From positions 173,397 through 205,396 of the forward strand of contig NZ_AP012549.1 of assembly GCF_000829235.1 (NCBI RefSeq): 32,000 bases of DNA, read 5' to 3'. The position numbers were made by a program, and so were the translations under genes. The notes under the pieces were generated by a model. That model was not told where the DNA came from. It saw only the letters and a program-made list of their open reading frames with translations, and did not search any database. The DNA is from a cyanobacterium endosymbiont of Epithemia turgida isolate EtSB Lake Yunoko (lineage in GTDB: Bacteria; Cyanobacteriota; Cyanobacteriia; Cyanobacteriales; Microcystaceae). Positions 10,031 through 19,096 of this stretch are shown one piece after another. Each line of letters starts with the position of its first letter. The stretch's first letter is position 1.

Positions 10031-10499
10031 TTAACTCCTGATTTTTACCAGATTAGCTACTACAATTCCTATGAAATAGCCCCACAATAGTCCCTAAACT
10101 AACATTTTGTACTAATTTCAAAACAGTAGAGTTTTTTCCACTTCAGGGGGAATAATCAACTGCAAAGGATCTATTTGGGGGTTAACAGATTCTATCTGCA
10201 CCTTTTGGAAAGTGTTTAAGAGATGAGTTAAGACTATTGTTAGTTATAGTTAATTTTTGCTGCCAATGATCATAAATATTGCGTACAACAATAGATATTT
10301 TGTATATTTCGTGCTGAATACTTTATATTTCTTTGCGAATATCTATCTTAATCGCTCGTAAAACCTCAATTTAATTTATGGTCTCAATAAGTTACTAATG
10401 AAAGGAAAAACGTAAGTTACTAAGAGATATTCTCGAATGATATGAATTAATATTTTGGCTTTCCAAAGCTTTTGAAGCTTCCTGTCGTAAAAGTTTCAT
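10031..10499 (-). pseudogene. Frameshifted relic of a small coiled-coil, tail-anchored-like protein gene
   Basis: Consecutive minus-strand fragments lie in shifting frames. Fragment 1 is MKLLRQEASKALESQNINSYHSRISLSNLRFSFH* (10499-10395). Fragment 2 is SIQHEIYKISIVVRNIYDHWQQKLTITNNSLNSSLKHFPKGADRIC* (10322-10182). Fragment 3 is VNPQIDPLQLIIPPEVEKTLLF* (10186-10118). Fragment 4 is GLLWGYFIGIVVANLVKIRS* (10093-10031). The amino-acid composition is protein-like, unlike random AT-rich DNA. The family is not identified. Confidence 0.35.
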
Positions 10500-10515
10500 T
10501 AAATTAATTTTTATG

Positions 10516-10571
10516 TTTCTAAGTAATCTCAATTATTAGACAAAAGTCTAATAATTGAGATTACTTAGAAA
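10516..10571. repeat. Perfect 26-bp inverted repeat with 4-nt loop
   Basis: TTTCTAAGTAATCTCAATTATTAGAC (10516-10541), AAAA, then GTCTAATAATTGAGATTACTTAGAAA (10546-10571). The arms are exact reverse complements. The hairpin lies 17 nt 5' of the relic ATG at 10499 (minus strand). Confidence 0.9.
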
Positions 10572-11506
10572 GTTGAATGTCCAGTATCTGAAGTTTATGT
10601 ATAAGATCTTGATAATAGGAGTAATCACTCAATATACTGACTTTAATCATCTCTTAAAGAGATTATTTTCGATAATTTTCTAAAAAATTGTATAATACAT
10701 TATTTTTTGTGATTTTTATTTATTTATTGTAATCTAAACTCCTTAACCAGTTAAATTATCGAGAAAGCTTTTGGTATTTTTATTGAAGCTCTATCAAATA
10801 AGATTGCTGGCACAACCGTTGTAGTTGCTGTTGATTTTAACTTACTGCCTAACGTAATTTAAAAATTTGCTCAGTTACAAACTTTATTCCTTATTTAACC
10901 CAAATATTTTTGTATTTATTGTCTTAATCGATATAGGATTAAGCTAAATGAGCTAAGACAAATTTTTTGAGTATCCTCATGTTGCAAAGTCACCTCCATC
11001 ATGTTCTTCATTTTTAAGGGTTTAATGATCAGAGAAGCTTTTTTCCTTGAACTAGACTGTGATACCCTAGGGCAGGATTTTCCCAAGTAATTTATGAAAT
11101 AATTAGTCTCAATGTACCATAACTTGATTTTTTAAAACTTTAATTTTTATCTTTAAATCAATTGGTGTTTTAGGGTAATTTTTTTAGTGTTAAAAGTTTA
11201 TAAAAATATTTGAAAATGCCCTCTATAAATAAGAGCTTATTTCATCAATTAAATGGCTACTGTTATTATAATCGCTAAAATTAGGGAAACAATTAATGTT
11301 TAATCGTATCCTTAAATATACTACTAATCGTCCTATTTTTTATCTCAATTGAGCGCTTAATTCTCTTTTCTAAATAAAAATCTCTTCAGTTATCTTTATC
11401 TCCTCAGGGAATAATTAAATTTTTATTACTATCGTTTGTACATAAGAGATTTCCTCACAATACACTCACATTTCACATTAATATAAAACACAATATTCAG
11501 TTCAGG

Positions 11507-11542
11507 CGTTTGCTCCAATGATTATAATCATTGGAGCAAACG
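11507..11542. repeat. Perfect 36-bp palindrome
   Basis: CGTTTGCTCCAATGATTATAATCATTGGAGCAAACG equals its own reverse complement. Confidence 0.9.
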
Positions 11543-11877
11543 ATTTAGTCTATCATAGTAAATAGACTCCTAAAAATAACCTATGCTTTCTTGATTGTCA
11601 TTAAGTCAATCTATACTTAATGAATATTGTCTATATAAATTCATGGACAAGAAACAAAGAATATACAGATGATGATAATTTCATGTTGTCAATCGCAAAG
11701 ATTGAGAGAAATAGATGTTTGCAGAAATAATTACTTTTTGCAGTCCCCAAATCTGTTTTTGAATTAATGTTAAACAATTAAAGAATTAAGCTCTTTGGCA
11801 AGGTGGATGGCACACTCCAGAAAAAATAGATTATCAAGAAGCATACATAGAGATTTCGTCAATAAGTAGCATAAATT

Positions 11878-12798
11878 TTAACTATGGTTCATAATAATTT
11901 TTAACATCTTCTCCCCTAATATCTTTGGTTGTTCTATCATAGACATATGACCACAATTAGACAGTTCAATAACATTACTCCCCTGACCCTCAAAAAGAGG
12001 ATGAAAACTAGCTAAATAGCGAACATATTTAGTTTCCATTACCGTGTCTTTGTCCCCAGCCAAAAAATAAACAGGTTGTTGTAAACGAGATACTATCTGG
12101 GGGAGTAAGTGAACCTTAGTTTCTGTTGTAGAATCAAGTAAAAATCCCAACGCAGCTTGAGTATCTGCTTTAAGCAAATCTAGGACCCGTTGTCGTCCCC
12201 AACGTCGTTCTAAAGAACAAGCCATTATAAGTCGAGAGAAAAGTACATCAATTAGAGCCACAGAGAGTAGCCAGCTTGGTCGGCGCCTGATTAACCGTTC
12301 TCCGACTGAGCGGAATTGTTCGAATTCTTCCTTGAGATAAATTCCGCCTCCTGAATTCAGGCAAATAACTCCCTGAACAGTTTCAGGACAAACATCAGCC
12401 CCCCACAAAGCAATACTACCCCCCAAAGAATGGCCTATAAGCCAAGCTTTCTTAATAGCCAATTTTTGTAGTAGAACACTTAAGTCTTGAGCATAAGCCC
12501 CTAAACCGTAAGGAGAGATGTTATTAGTTGAACTGGGATTGGCTCGTTGAAATGAAGTTCTCCAGTTGATTACTTTGTCTTGATTTAAAGCTTCTCGAAC
12601 TTGCTGAGAGTCACCAAACCCTCGGAGATCATAAATTAGACAAGGATAGTTAGGTGTTAATTGTTCAATTAACGGAAGCCAGTATTGACGACTCAATAAC
12701 CATCCATGAATAAAAATAAGTACAGGGGTAGATGCTTGAAAAGACGTGGATGTTAGCTCATAGGCGTGAGGAACTCCCAAAATGTCGATAGTTGGCAT
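11878..12798 (-). CDS. Alpha/beta-fold hydrolase
   Basis: The ORF is 306 aa. It has the nucleophile elbow LIGHSLGGSIAL (GxSxG), an oxyanion region IFIHGW and a C-terminal catalytic His context CGHMSMIEQP. Confidence 0.8.
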   Translation of the reverse strand: MPTIDILGVPHAYELTSTSFQASTPVLIFIHGWLLSRQYWLPLIEQLTPNYPCLIYDLRGFGDSQQVREALNQDKVINWRTSFQRANPSSTNNISPYGLGAYAQDLSVLLQKLAIKKAWLIGHSLGGSIALWGADVCPETVQGVICLNSGGGIYLKEEFEQFRSVGERLIRRRPSWLLSVALIDVLFSRLIMACSLERRWGRQRVLDLLKADTQAALGFLLDSTTETKVHLLPQIVSRLQQPVYFLAGDKDTVMETKYVRYLASFHPLFEGQGSNVIELSNCGHMSMIEQPKILGEKMLKIIMNHS

Positions 12799-12944
12799 AT
12801 ATTTATCCTAACCTGATAAGAAGGCTTTTTAGTCGATATAATGATTTAAGGAAAACCTTGCAATTTGGTGTCTACTTAAAACCCACCCAAATAGCCTAAA
12901 TACAGTATAAATTAAATAAAACATCAAAGCTTAGCCGTGTCGGC

Positions 12945-13472
12945 ATGGTCTTTTGGAAACGATTGTTTAGTAACCCTTCTGATTCAGTCACCTCTGCTCT
13001 AACTTCGAAATTCAACGGAGAACCCCTAGACATAAAAGGCGAGACAAACAGTCAACGGCGCATTTTCTTAAGTACCGAACGAGATATTAATCTCTACGAA
13101 CTCGAAGAATTATGTAATGCTGTTGGCTGGGCGCGTCGTCCCCTACGGAAGGTTAAGCAAGCCTTACATCATAGTTTTATCGTAGTCTCTATGTGGGAAG
13201 TTGAGAAAAATCAGAGGCGTTTGGTTGGATTTGCCCGTGCAACTTCCGATCACGCTTTTAACGCTACGGTTTGGGACGTGGTCGTCCACCCAAGTTGCCA
13301 AAATAAAGGACTTGGGAAAGCTTTAATCAAATATATGATTCATAAACTTAGGAATAAGAATATTAGTAATATTACTCTGTTTGCTGATCCTCAGGTAATA
13401 GATTTTTATCGTCGTCTGGGATTTGTTTTAGAGCCTGAAGGCATCAAAGGGATGTTTTGGTACCCCAATTAG
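12945..13472 (+). CDS. GNAT-family N-acetyltransferase (cyanobacterial/plastid NSI-SNAT-like subgroup)
   Basis: The ORF is 175 aa. It has the acetyl-CoA binding motif [18 protein letters not shown]. The conserved stretches [19 protein letters not shown] and [18 protein letters not shown] are typical of this subgroup. Confidence 0.8.
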   Translation: MVFWKRLFSNPSDSVTSALTSKFNGEPLDIKGETNSQRRIFLSTERDINLYELEELCNAVGWARRPLRKVKQALHHSFIVVSMWEVEKNQRRLVGFARATSDHAFNATVWDVVVHPSCQNKGLGKALIKYMIHKLRNKNISNITLFADPQVIDFYRRLGFVLEPEGIKGMFWYPN

Positions 13473-13541
13473 ACATCTCCAAAAATTAAGATGCAACCCT
13501 GATGATATAAAAGTTTTAGGTTAATCTTTGACAAAGGTGTA

Positions 13542-13571
13542 TTGATGATTTGTGAGTATTTAGGCTACAAT
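13542..13571 (+). promoter_or_regulatory. Candidate sigma70-type promoter for tRNA-Pro
   Basis: TTGATG (13542-13547) and TACAAT (13566-13571) are separated by 18 nt. The -10 element ends 18 nt before the tRNA 5' end. This is pattern matching only. Confidence 0.3.
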
Positions 13572-13589
13572 AAATAAGTAAGCGCGATA

Positions 13590-13663
13590 CGGGATGTAGC
13601 GCAGCTTGGTAGCGCGCCTGCTTTGGGAGCAGGATGTCGCAGGTTCGAATCCTGTCATCCCGA
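13590..13663 (+). tRNA. tRNA-Pro (anticodon UGG)
   Basis: The 74-nt sequence was folded by hand into a cloverleaf. The acceptor stem is CGGGATG/CATCCCG. The D stem is GCGC/GCGC. The anticodon stem is CCTGC/GCAGG with loop TTTGGGA (anticodon TGG, G37). The T stem is GCAGG/CCTGT with loop TTCGAAT. The discriminator is A and no CCA is encoded. Confidence 0.92.
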
Positions 13664-13982
13664 CTTTAACTGGATTACCCACAACTTTACTGCCTTTGAT
13701 GTTTCATCAGCTCTATGAGTATGAGTTTGTTATGATGAGATAAAATTGCGTAGGAACTTGGTTTTAGCGAATTTCGTCCGACTCCAAGTAAAGGTCTGGT
13801 CACGTATCGAAAAAATTCTGAATCTTAACTACCTCAGGTAGTAAAATTACTATGAAAACAATAGATTTGTAAGAGATAAATTTTCTAAACTTAAACTTGT
13901 GCCCAAAAAATTAGTTCATTTTTGTCGGCTATTAAGTATAAATAAAGTCAATCATAGTCATAGAATGTGAGGTTAACTTCTT

Positions 13983-14738
13983 ATGAAATCATTCATCCGT
14001 AGCAGTATTACTCTAGGATTAGCTAGAAGTTCTGTTATGATTTATTCTTTGTTAAATTATGATTTGAGTGTTTTGGCATTAACTCCAGAACAAATTGTAC
14101 AGAAACTTAATCAAGTGCCTGTATTTACTATTGGCAACAGTAAAGAAATATTATTGTCTACTGACAATAATAAAAAAACATTTGTCACTTATCTGAGTCA
14201 TCAGGATGCTCAGCAGGTTGTTGAGCAAATTACTAAAGACAATCCTCAAAGTCAGCTAGAAGTAATTACTATTCCTTTAGGTAAGGTTTATGAATTACTA
14301 AAAAGCAAGGAAAAAAGTCAATCCCAAGAACCTCCTGATTTATTTACTTTTATTCCTTTAAAAAAACAACTTCCATCAGCTTTATCAATTCTTAAACAAG
14401 AAGATCCTAGTGCTAAAGATTTTCCTGGAATTCCTTTATTTTACGGAATGATCAAGGTCAATGAACAAGAGACTTTTTTGTCTGTAAAAGACGGAGAGAA
14501 AAATTTTACTCCTTTTTATTTTGAAAGAGAGTCTCTACAGAAATTAATTGAAAATATCAGACTACAACAACCTAAATTTGCTTCATCTATAGAAGTCAAA
14601 GTAACTCCATTAGGTGGAATTGTTTCAGCCTTTGAAAGTGACGATAAAAAACAAGAAGACTTCATAAAAAGTGTAGTACTTGTTCCTTCACAAGAGTCAG
14701 CAAAAAAGTTACTAGAAACATTCAAACAAAATCAGTAA
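13983..14738 (+). CDS. Tic22-like periplasmic protein (paralog 1)
   Basis: The ORF is 251 aa. It has a signal-peptide-like N-terminus and the hallmark LNQVPVFTI motif shortly after it. A second conserved block is GIPLFYG...TPFYFERESL. It is colinear with the downstream paralog. Confidence 0.72.
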   Translation: MKSFIRSSITLGLARSSVMIYSLLNYDLSVLALTPEQIVQKLNQVPVFTIGNSKEILLSTDNNKKTFVTYLSHQDAQQVVEQITKDNPQSQLEVITIPLGKVYELLKSKEKSQSQEPPDLFTFIPLKKQLPSALSILKQEDPSAKDFPGIPLFYGMIKVNEQETFLSVKDGEKNFTPFYFERESLQKLIENIRLQQPKFASSIEVKVTPLGGIVSAFESDDKKQEDFIKSVVLVPSQESAKKLLETFKQNQ

Positions 14739-14844
14739 GTAAAGTAGGAAATTCAGGATGGAAAAGCTAGTAATGTCATCAATTTATTGACATAAAAAAT
14801 GATTTTTCATCAAATGTTAAAAAATATTAAATTCTTATAAAAAT

Positions 14845-15573
14845 ATGAAAACTTTGATTCGTTGGGGTGCCACTCTAGGATTAGTTGCTAGTACAATTTT
14901 ATGTTCTGGCTTGTATCAGTCGCGTTCAGCTTTTGCCTTGCCTCAAGAAGAAATTTTTAAGTTACTCCGTGGAATTCCCGTTTTCATGTTGGTAAACGAT
15001 AAAAATGTCCCGTTGGGAGGTAAAATAGATGAACAAACAATGTTTACTAACGTTTTTATGAGCAAACAGAATGCTCATGAATTTTTGATCCAACTTAAAA
15101 AAGATAAACCCTCTATTGCTGATCAATATAAAGTAGAACTTATCTCTTTAGGTGCAATTTATGAGGTTTCTCAAAAGAATTCTAATGAATCCCAACGATT
15201 GGCACTTCAATATATTCCCACTAAAACTGAAGTTGAGTCTGCTAAGCCTATTCTAAGTGAAGATGGAAAGGAATATAGAGGAGGTGTTCCCTTATACATA
15301 CTTAAAGGAGGACCTGAACAAAATTATTTAACAATCAAACAAGATGGGGAAACTATTATTCCTATATTTTTTGAAAACCAGACAATTCAACAAGTTATTA
15401 ATAACCTAAAACAACAGGAATCTGACCAAGCTACTAATCTCAAAATAGAAGTAATTTTACTGGGAAATTTAATTGGTACTTTGGAAAAAGAAGATAATGA
15501 GTTTTTTCGAAAAATTCGGTTATGGCCATCTCAGGAAATGATGAAAATCATCCAAGAAAATCGCCAAAATTAA
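14845..15573 (+). CDS. Tic22-like periplasmic protein (paralog 2)
   Basis: The ORF is 242 aa. It has a signal-peptide-like N-terminus, LRGIPVFML, and GVPLYIL...IPIFFENQTI. It aligns end-to-end by eye with the upstream gene. Confidence 0.72.
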   Translation: MKTLIRWGATLGLVASTILCSGLYQSRSAFALPQEEIFKLLRGIPVFMLVNDKNVPLGGKIDEQTMFTNVFMSKQNAHEFLIQLKKDKPSIADQYKVELISLGAIYEVSQKNSNESQRLALQYIPTKTEVESAKPILSEDGKEYRGGVPLYILKGGPEQNYLTIKQDGETIIPIFFENQTIQQVINNLKQQESDQATNLKIEVILLGNLIGTLEKEDNEFFRKIRLWPSQEMMKIIQENRQN

Positions 15574-15581
15574 CAACGCTA

Positions 15582-16505
15582 ATGGAAAATTTAACAGAAG
15601 ATAGTCAAAGAACTGCTGTATCGGGATCGGACCTAGAAACTTGGCGAAGTTGGGCTATAAGTGAATCAATCGCCGCCAATGTCCTTCCTCAAGAAGTAGA
15701 CTGGGTACTTCAGGAAGTAGCAGAGTTAGATCGACTTTCATTGAAGTTAGAGTTATTTCGGCAGCGATCAAAAATTTACCTAAAATTTCCCCTATCTTAC
15801 TTAGAGCAATTATGGCGGCATCGTCTCAAAGATAGGGTTCCTATTCAATATCTTGTAGGTGTAACTCCTTGGCGTAATTTTTTACTGAAAGTTGCTCCTG
15901 GAGTTTTTATTCCTCGCCCTGAAACCGAGTTGATCATTGATTTAGCTGTTCAAGCAGTTCAGAAGAGTTCCATTCTTAACTTAAACTCAGGACATTGGGT
16001 GGACTTGGGGACTGGTAGTGGAGCAATTTCAATTGGATTAGGTATTATATTTCCCAAAGCAAAAATCCATGCTGTTGACTATAGTGAAGTCGCCCTAGCT
16101 ATTGCTAAAGAAAATGCTAAAAACTTAGGACTCTCTTCAAAAATTCAATTTCATGAAGGATCATGGTGGACTCCCCTAGAAAATTTGAAAGGTAAAATTA
16201 GTGGGTTGGTCTCTAATCCCCCTTATATTCCCACAGAAATACTGTCTCAACTCCAACCAGAAGTCAAATACCATGAACCATATTTAGCTTTAGATGGAGG
16301 TAAAGACGGTTTAGAGGCAATTCGCTATCTAGTAGATAGTGCTCCTAATTATCTTCAGTCTGGGGGAATTTGGTTGATTGAAATGATGGCCGGACAGGGA
16401 AAAAATGTAGCTCAATTGTTAGAAAATTCTTCTAATTATCATTCAATCAAAATATTGTCAGATCTAGCAGGAATTCAACGTTTTGCTTTAGCTTATCGTA
16501 CTTAA
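15582..16505 (+). CDS. prmC: Peptide chain release factor N5-glutamine methyltransferase PrmC (HemK)
   Basis: The SAM motif VDLGTGSGAISIGL and the catalytic SNPPYIP (NPPY) are present, along with FIPRPETE. The start is placed at the in-frame ATG at 15582 (MENLTEDS...). The tracked ORF start at 15522 would overlap the Tic22-like gene. Confidence 0.88.
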   Translation: MENLTEDSQRTAVSGSDLETWRSWAISESIAANVLPQEVDWVLQEVAELDRLSLKLELFRQRSKIYLKFPLSYLEQLWRHRLKDRVPIQYLVGVTPWRNFLLKVAPGVFIPRPETELIIDLAVQAVQKSSILNLNSGHWVDLGTGSGAISIGLGIIFPKAKIHAVDYSEVALAIAKENAKNLGLSSKIQFHEGSWWTPLENLKGKISGLVSNPPYIPTEILSQLQPEVKYHEPYLALDGGKDGLEAIRYLVDSAPNYLQSGGIWLIEMMAGQGKNVAQLLENSSNYHSIKILSDLAGIQRFALAYRT

Positions 16506-18400
16506 TTAAACTGTTTGATTAATGCTTCTCTATCCAAAATTGTTTGTATTTTTACCCGAATTAATTGATAAGCAATACTTTCCCCAATAACTTGATAATC
16601 AGATGATTTTAAGGCTAACTGTTCAAAATATTTAGGTTTAGCTACTATCAAGATAGTTGATGACATATTTTGCTGATTAGCTTGCTCGTTAAAATAGTCA
16701 ATTACTCTACCATTATAGATATCAGTTTCAGTAATAGAATCAACGGTTTGTTGAGTGTAATAAGTTATACTCGGACGCATAAAACCAATAAAAACTAATT
16801 TTTCTCCTGGCTTCTGTTCTTGTTTTACCAAGGTTCCAAGTTCTCTCAGAGGAAGTTGCCGTTGACTGTCAACAATTGGAGCAATAGGAAGTGCAACCCA
16901 ACTAAAAAAAGCCATAAAACCTAATAAATTTGCTGCCCAAATCCAGCGTCGATGATGTTTCCAGAACAGTAAAATTAAAATACCTAAAGTGGAAAATGAC
17001 AAGATAATTCCACTATGGATGGGTACACCTGATTCCTTTAATAACTCGCTAAACTGGGGCATCATTGGATCGTAACCAATAAGTTTAGGGCTGATGAAAC
17101 TTGCAACAGCTAATCCACTTAAAATTCCTATATTAGCTAATCCACTAAGCCAAAATAAAATTATCCAAAATCCTGACGATTTTTCTCCTTTTGTTGCCAT
17201 TTGTTCGCTCCAAAACAGTGTAATCATAATGGCTGCAGCTGGTATTAAAGGAAGAACATAACCTGCTAATTTAGTGACTGAACTAGAAAAAAATGAAAAT
17301 ATAACAACAAACCAAACTAAAGCGAATAAACCTAGGTGGTTTGAACGATGGGAAGAAACCCAAAATCTCCGTTTCCAAAAACGTAAACGAGCAATAGCTA
17401 ATGGTAAGAAAATTGACCAAGGAAGTAATCCAACTAAGACCACAAAAAAATAATAATACCATGCCCCAGGATGGCGACTAACAACACTAGTAAATCTTTG
17501 TATATTGTGCAATCCAAAAAAAGTATTAATATATTCTTGACCGTATTTTAAAGTAATAAGAACAAACCAAGGAACAGTAATAGCAACAAAGCTCCCAATT
17601 CCCAATAACCAAGGAGTCTCTTTTATCACTTCACCTAAGCGATTAACAAATAACAGAAATACAATGACGATAATCCCTGGGAGAACAATTGCTACAGGAC
17701 CTTTAGCTAAAACACCTAAAGCCATAAATACCCAATATCCCACATACCACCAATTTGTAGAAAATAATTTTAATTGCTTAGTAGAATCTTTTAGGGGATG
17801 AGCATAACCAATAAAAAATGACAGTAATGCTAATCCAATATTACTAGATAAAAACATATCAGAAACCGCTGTTCTTCCCCATGCAATCCAAAAAGGATTA
17901 AAAGCAACAATAGCTGCTCCTAAATTAGCTGAAAACCAGGATTTACAAGAATCGGGTCTTATTTTCTCTTCTATGGAGGAGTGGAAAGGTTTAAGGCTAG
18001 AAAATCCAAAATTGTGTAAACTATAAAAACTCAAACCTACTAAAGCAATCGCAAATAAAGCCGAAGGAAAACGAGCCGCCCATTCACTCACTCCAAATAG
18101 TTTAAAAGATAACGAAACTAGCCAATAGGTCAAAGGCGGTTTATCAAAGCGAGTTTCGCTATTCCAATAAGGAGTTAACCAATCTCCTGTTATGTGCATA
18201 TGACGGGATGCTTCAACAAACATAGGTTCTGTTTTATCAATCAACCCAATAGTTCCTAAATCCCATAAAAAAGCGATCCAGCTAATTAGTACCAGCCATA
18301 AAACAGAAAAGAGCCATAGTATTTTGGGGGATTTTTTTAAAAAGTTATATTTGCTTATAATTTGTTTATGTGCGTCTATTTTATCCATAATAATATCCAA
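16502..18400 (-). CDS. Polytopic ArnT/PMT-type glycosyltransferase (GT39/GT83-like)
   Basis: The ORF is 632 aa with more than 10 hydrophobic helices. It has the first-loop motif ETRFDKPPLTYW characteristic of ArnT/PMT_2 enzymes, and a soluble C-terminal domain. Its stop overlaps the prmC stop by 4 nt (convergent). Confidence 0.8.
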   Translation of the reverse strand: MDIIMDKIDAHKQIISKYNFLKKSPKILWLFSVLWLVLISWIAFLWDLGTIGLIDKTEPMFVEASRHMHITGDWLTPYWNSETRFDKPPLTYWLVSLSFKLFGVSEWAARFPSALFAIALVGLSFYSLHNFGFSSLKPFHSSIEEKIRPDSCKSWFSANLGAAIVAFNPFWIAWGRTAVSDMFLSSNIGLALLSFFIGYAHPLKDSTKQLKLFSTNWWYVGYWVFMALGVLAKGPVAIVLPGIIVIVFLLFVNRLGEVIKETPWLLGIGSFVAITVPWFVLITLKYGQEYINTFFGLHNIQRFTSVVSRHPGAWYYYFFVVLVGLLPWSIFLPLAIARLRFWKRRFWVSSHRSNHLGLFALVWFVVIFSFFSSSVTKLAGYVLPLIPAAAIMITLFWSEQMATKGEKSSGFWIILFWLSGLANIGILSGLAVASFISPKLIGYDPMMPQFSELLKESGVPIHSGIILSFSTLGILILLFWKHHRRWIWAANLLGFMAFFSWVALPIAPIVDSQRQLPLRELGTLVKQEQKPGEKLVFIGFMRPSITYYTQQTVDSITETDIYNGRVIDYFNEQANQQNMSSTILIVAKPKYFEQLALKSSDYQVIGESIAYQLIRVKIQTILDREALIKQFN

Positions 18401-18427
18401 TTTAAATATTTTTAATAACTGAAATAA

Positions 18428-19096
18428 CTAGAAATTACGATATTTTGTGTCAATAGTTTTCAAAAGAAAAATAGATAAAGTAAAGGCTAGATAGCCAACG
18501 CAAAAACCGGCAATAATATCTGTTGCCCAATGAACTTGTAAATAAAGACTCGCCCAACCCATAAAACAAATCAAAATAATTGATATGCTATAGAAGTAAA
18601 CAGTTAGTTTAGGAAACTTGAATGAAATCAAATAAGAAATGTATAAATACAGCATAAAGTTACCAGAAATGTGACCACTAGGGTAACTGTTTCCCTGAAC
18701 ATCTATTAATCCTGGAGCGGGACGAATTCGATCAAATAAAGGCTTTAAAAACTTATCAGTTAAAATAAGAATTCCCAGAGAAGAAATTGCTAAAACTTGG
18801 GCTTCCTTTAAATAACGTTTCCAGAATAAAAAACTTAAACTGCCTAAAACAAAAAAAATAACAATTTCAGCTTCTCCCGAAATATAAGAGAATCGTGCAA
18901 ATTCCAATAAACCAGGTTGACAAAAGTGGCGAACCCATCGTATAAAAGTTTCATCCCAAGCATCAAGATTTCCCCGAACAACTTCTTGATTCAGCCATAA
19001 TAATAGTAATAAGACAATCACAAATGATGTTAAAGTCTTATTTGTTATTACTTGGCCAATCTTTTCCATCACACTCTTTCTTAGCTTTAGCTTCAT
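18428..19096 (-). CDS. PAP2-family (type 2 phosphatidic acid / polyprenyl-diphosphate) phosphatase
   Basis: The ORF is 222 aa and membrane-embedded. The PAP2 motifs are KPLFDRIRP (KX6RP), PSGH and VHWATD (HX3D). It ends 27 nt upstream of the glycosyltransferase start, so the two likely form an operon. Confidence 0.8.
   Translation of the reverse strand: MKLKLRKSVMEKIGQVITNKTLTSFVIVLLLLLWLNQEVVRGNLDAWDETFIRWVRHFCQPGLLEFARFSYISGEAEIVIFFVLGSLSFLFWKRYLKEAQVLAISSLGILILTDKFLKPLFDRIRPAPGLIDVQGNSYPSGHISGNFMLYLYISYLISFKFPKLTVYFYSISIILICFMGWASLYLQVHWATDIIAGFCVGYLAFTLSIFLLKTIDTKYRNF

Noticed and set aside
14516-14725. 69-aa minus-strand ORF
   Set aside because: It lies entirely antisense within the first Tic22-like gene. 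It has no motifs and is a typical shadow ORF.
15522-15581. 20-codon N-terminal extension of the tracked prmC ORF
   Set aside because: It overlaps the 3' end of the Tic22-like gene. The in-frame ATG at 15582, just after that gene's stop, gives a normal-length PrmC.
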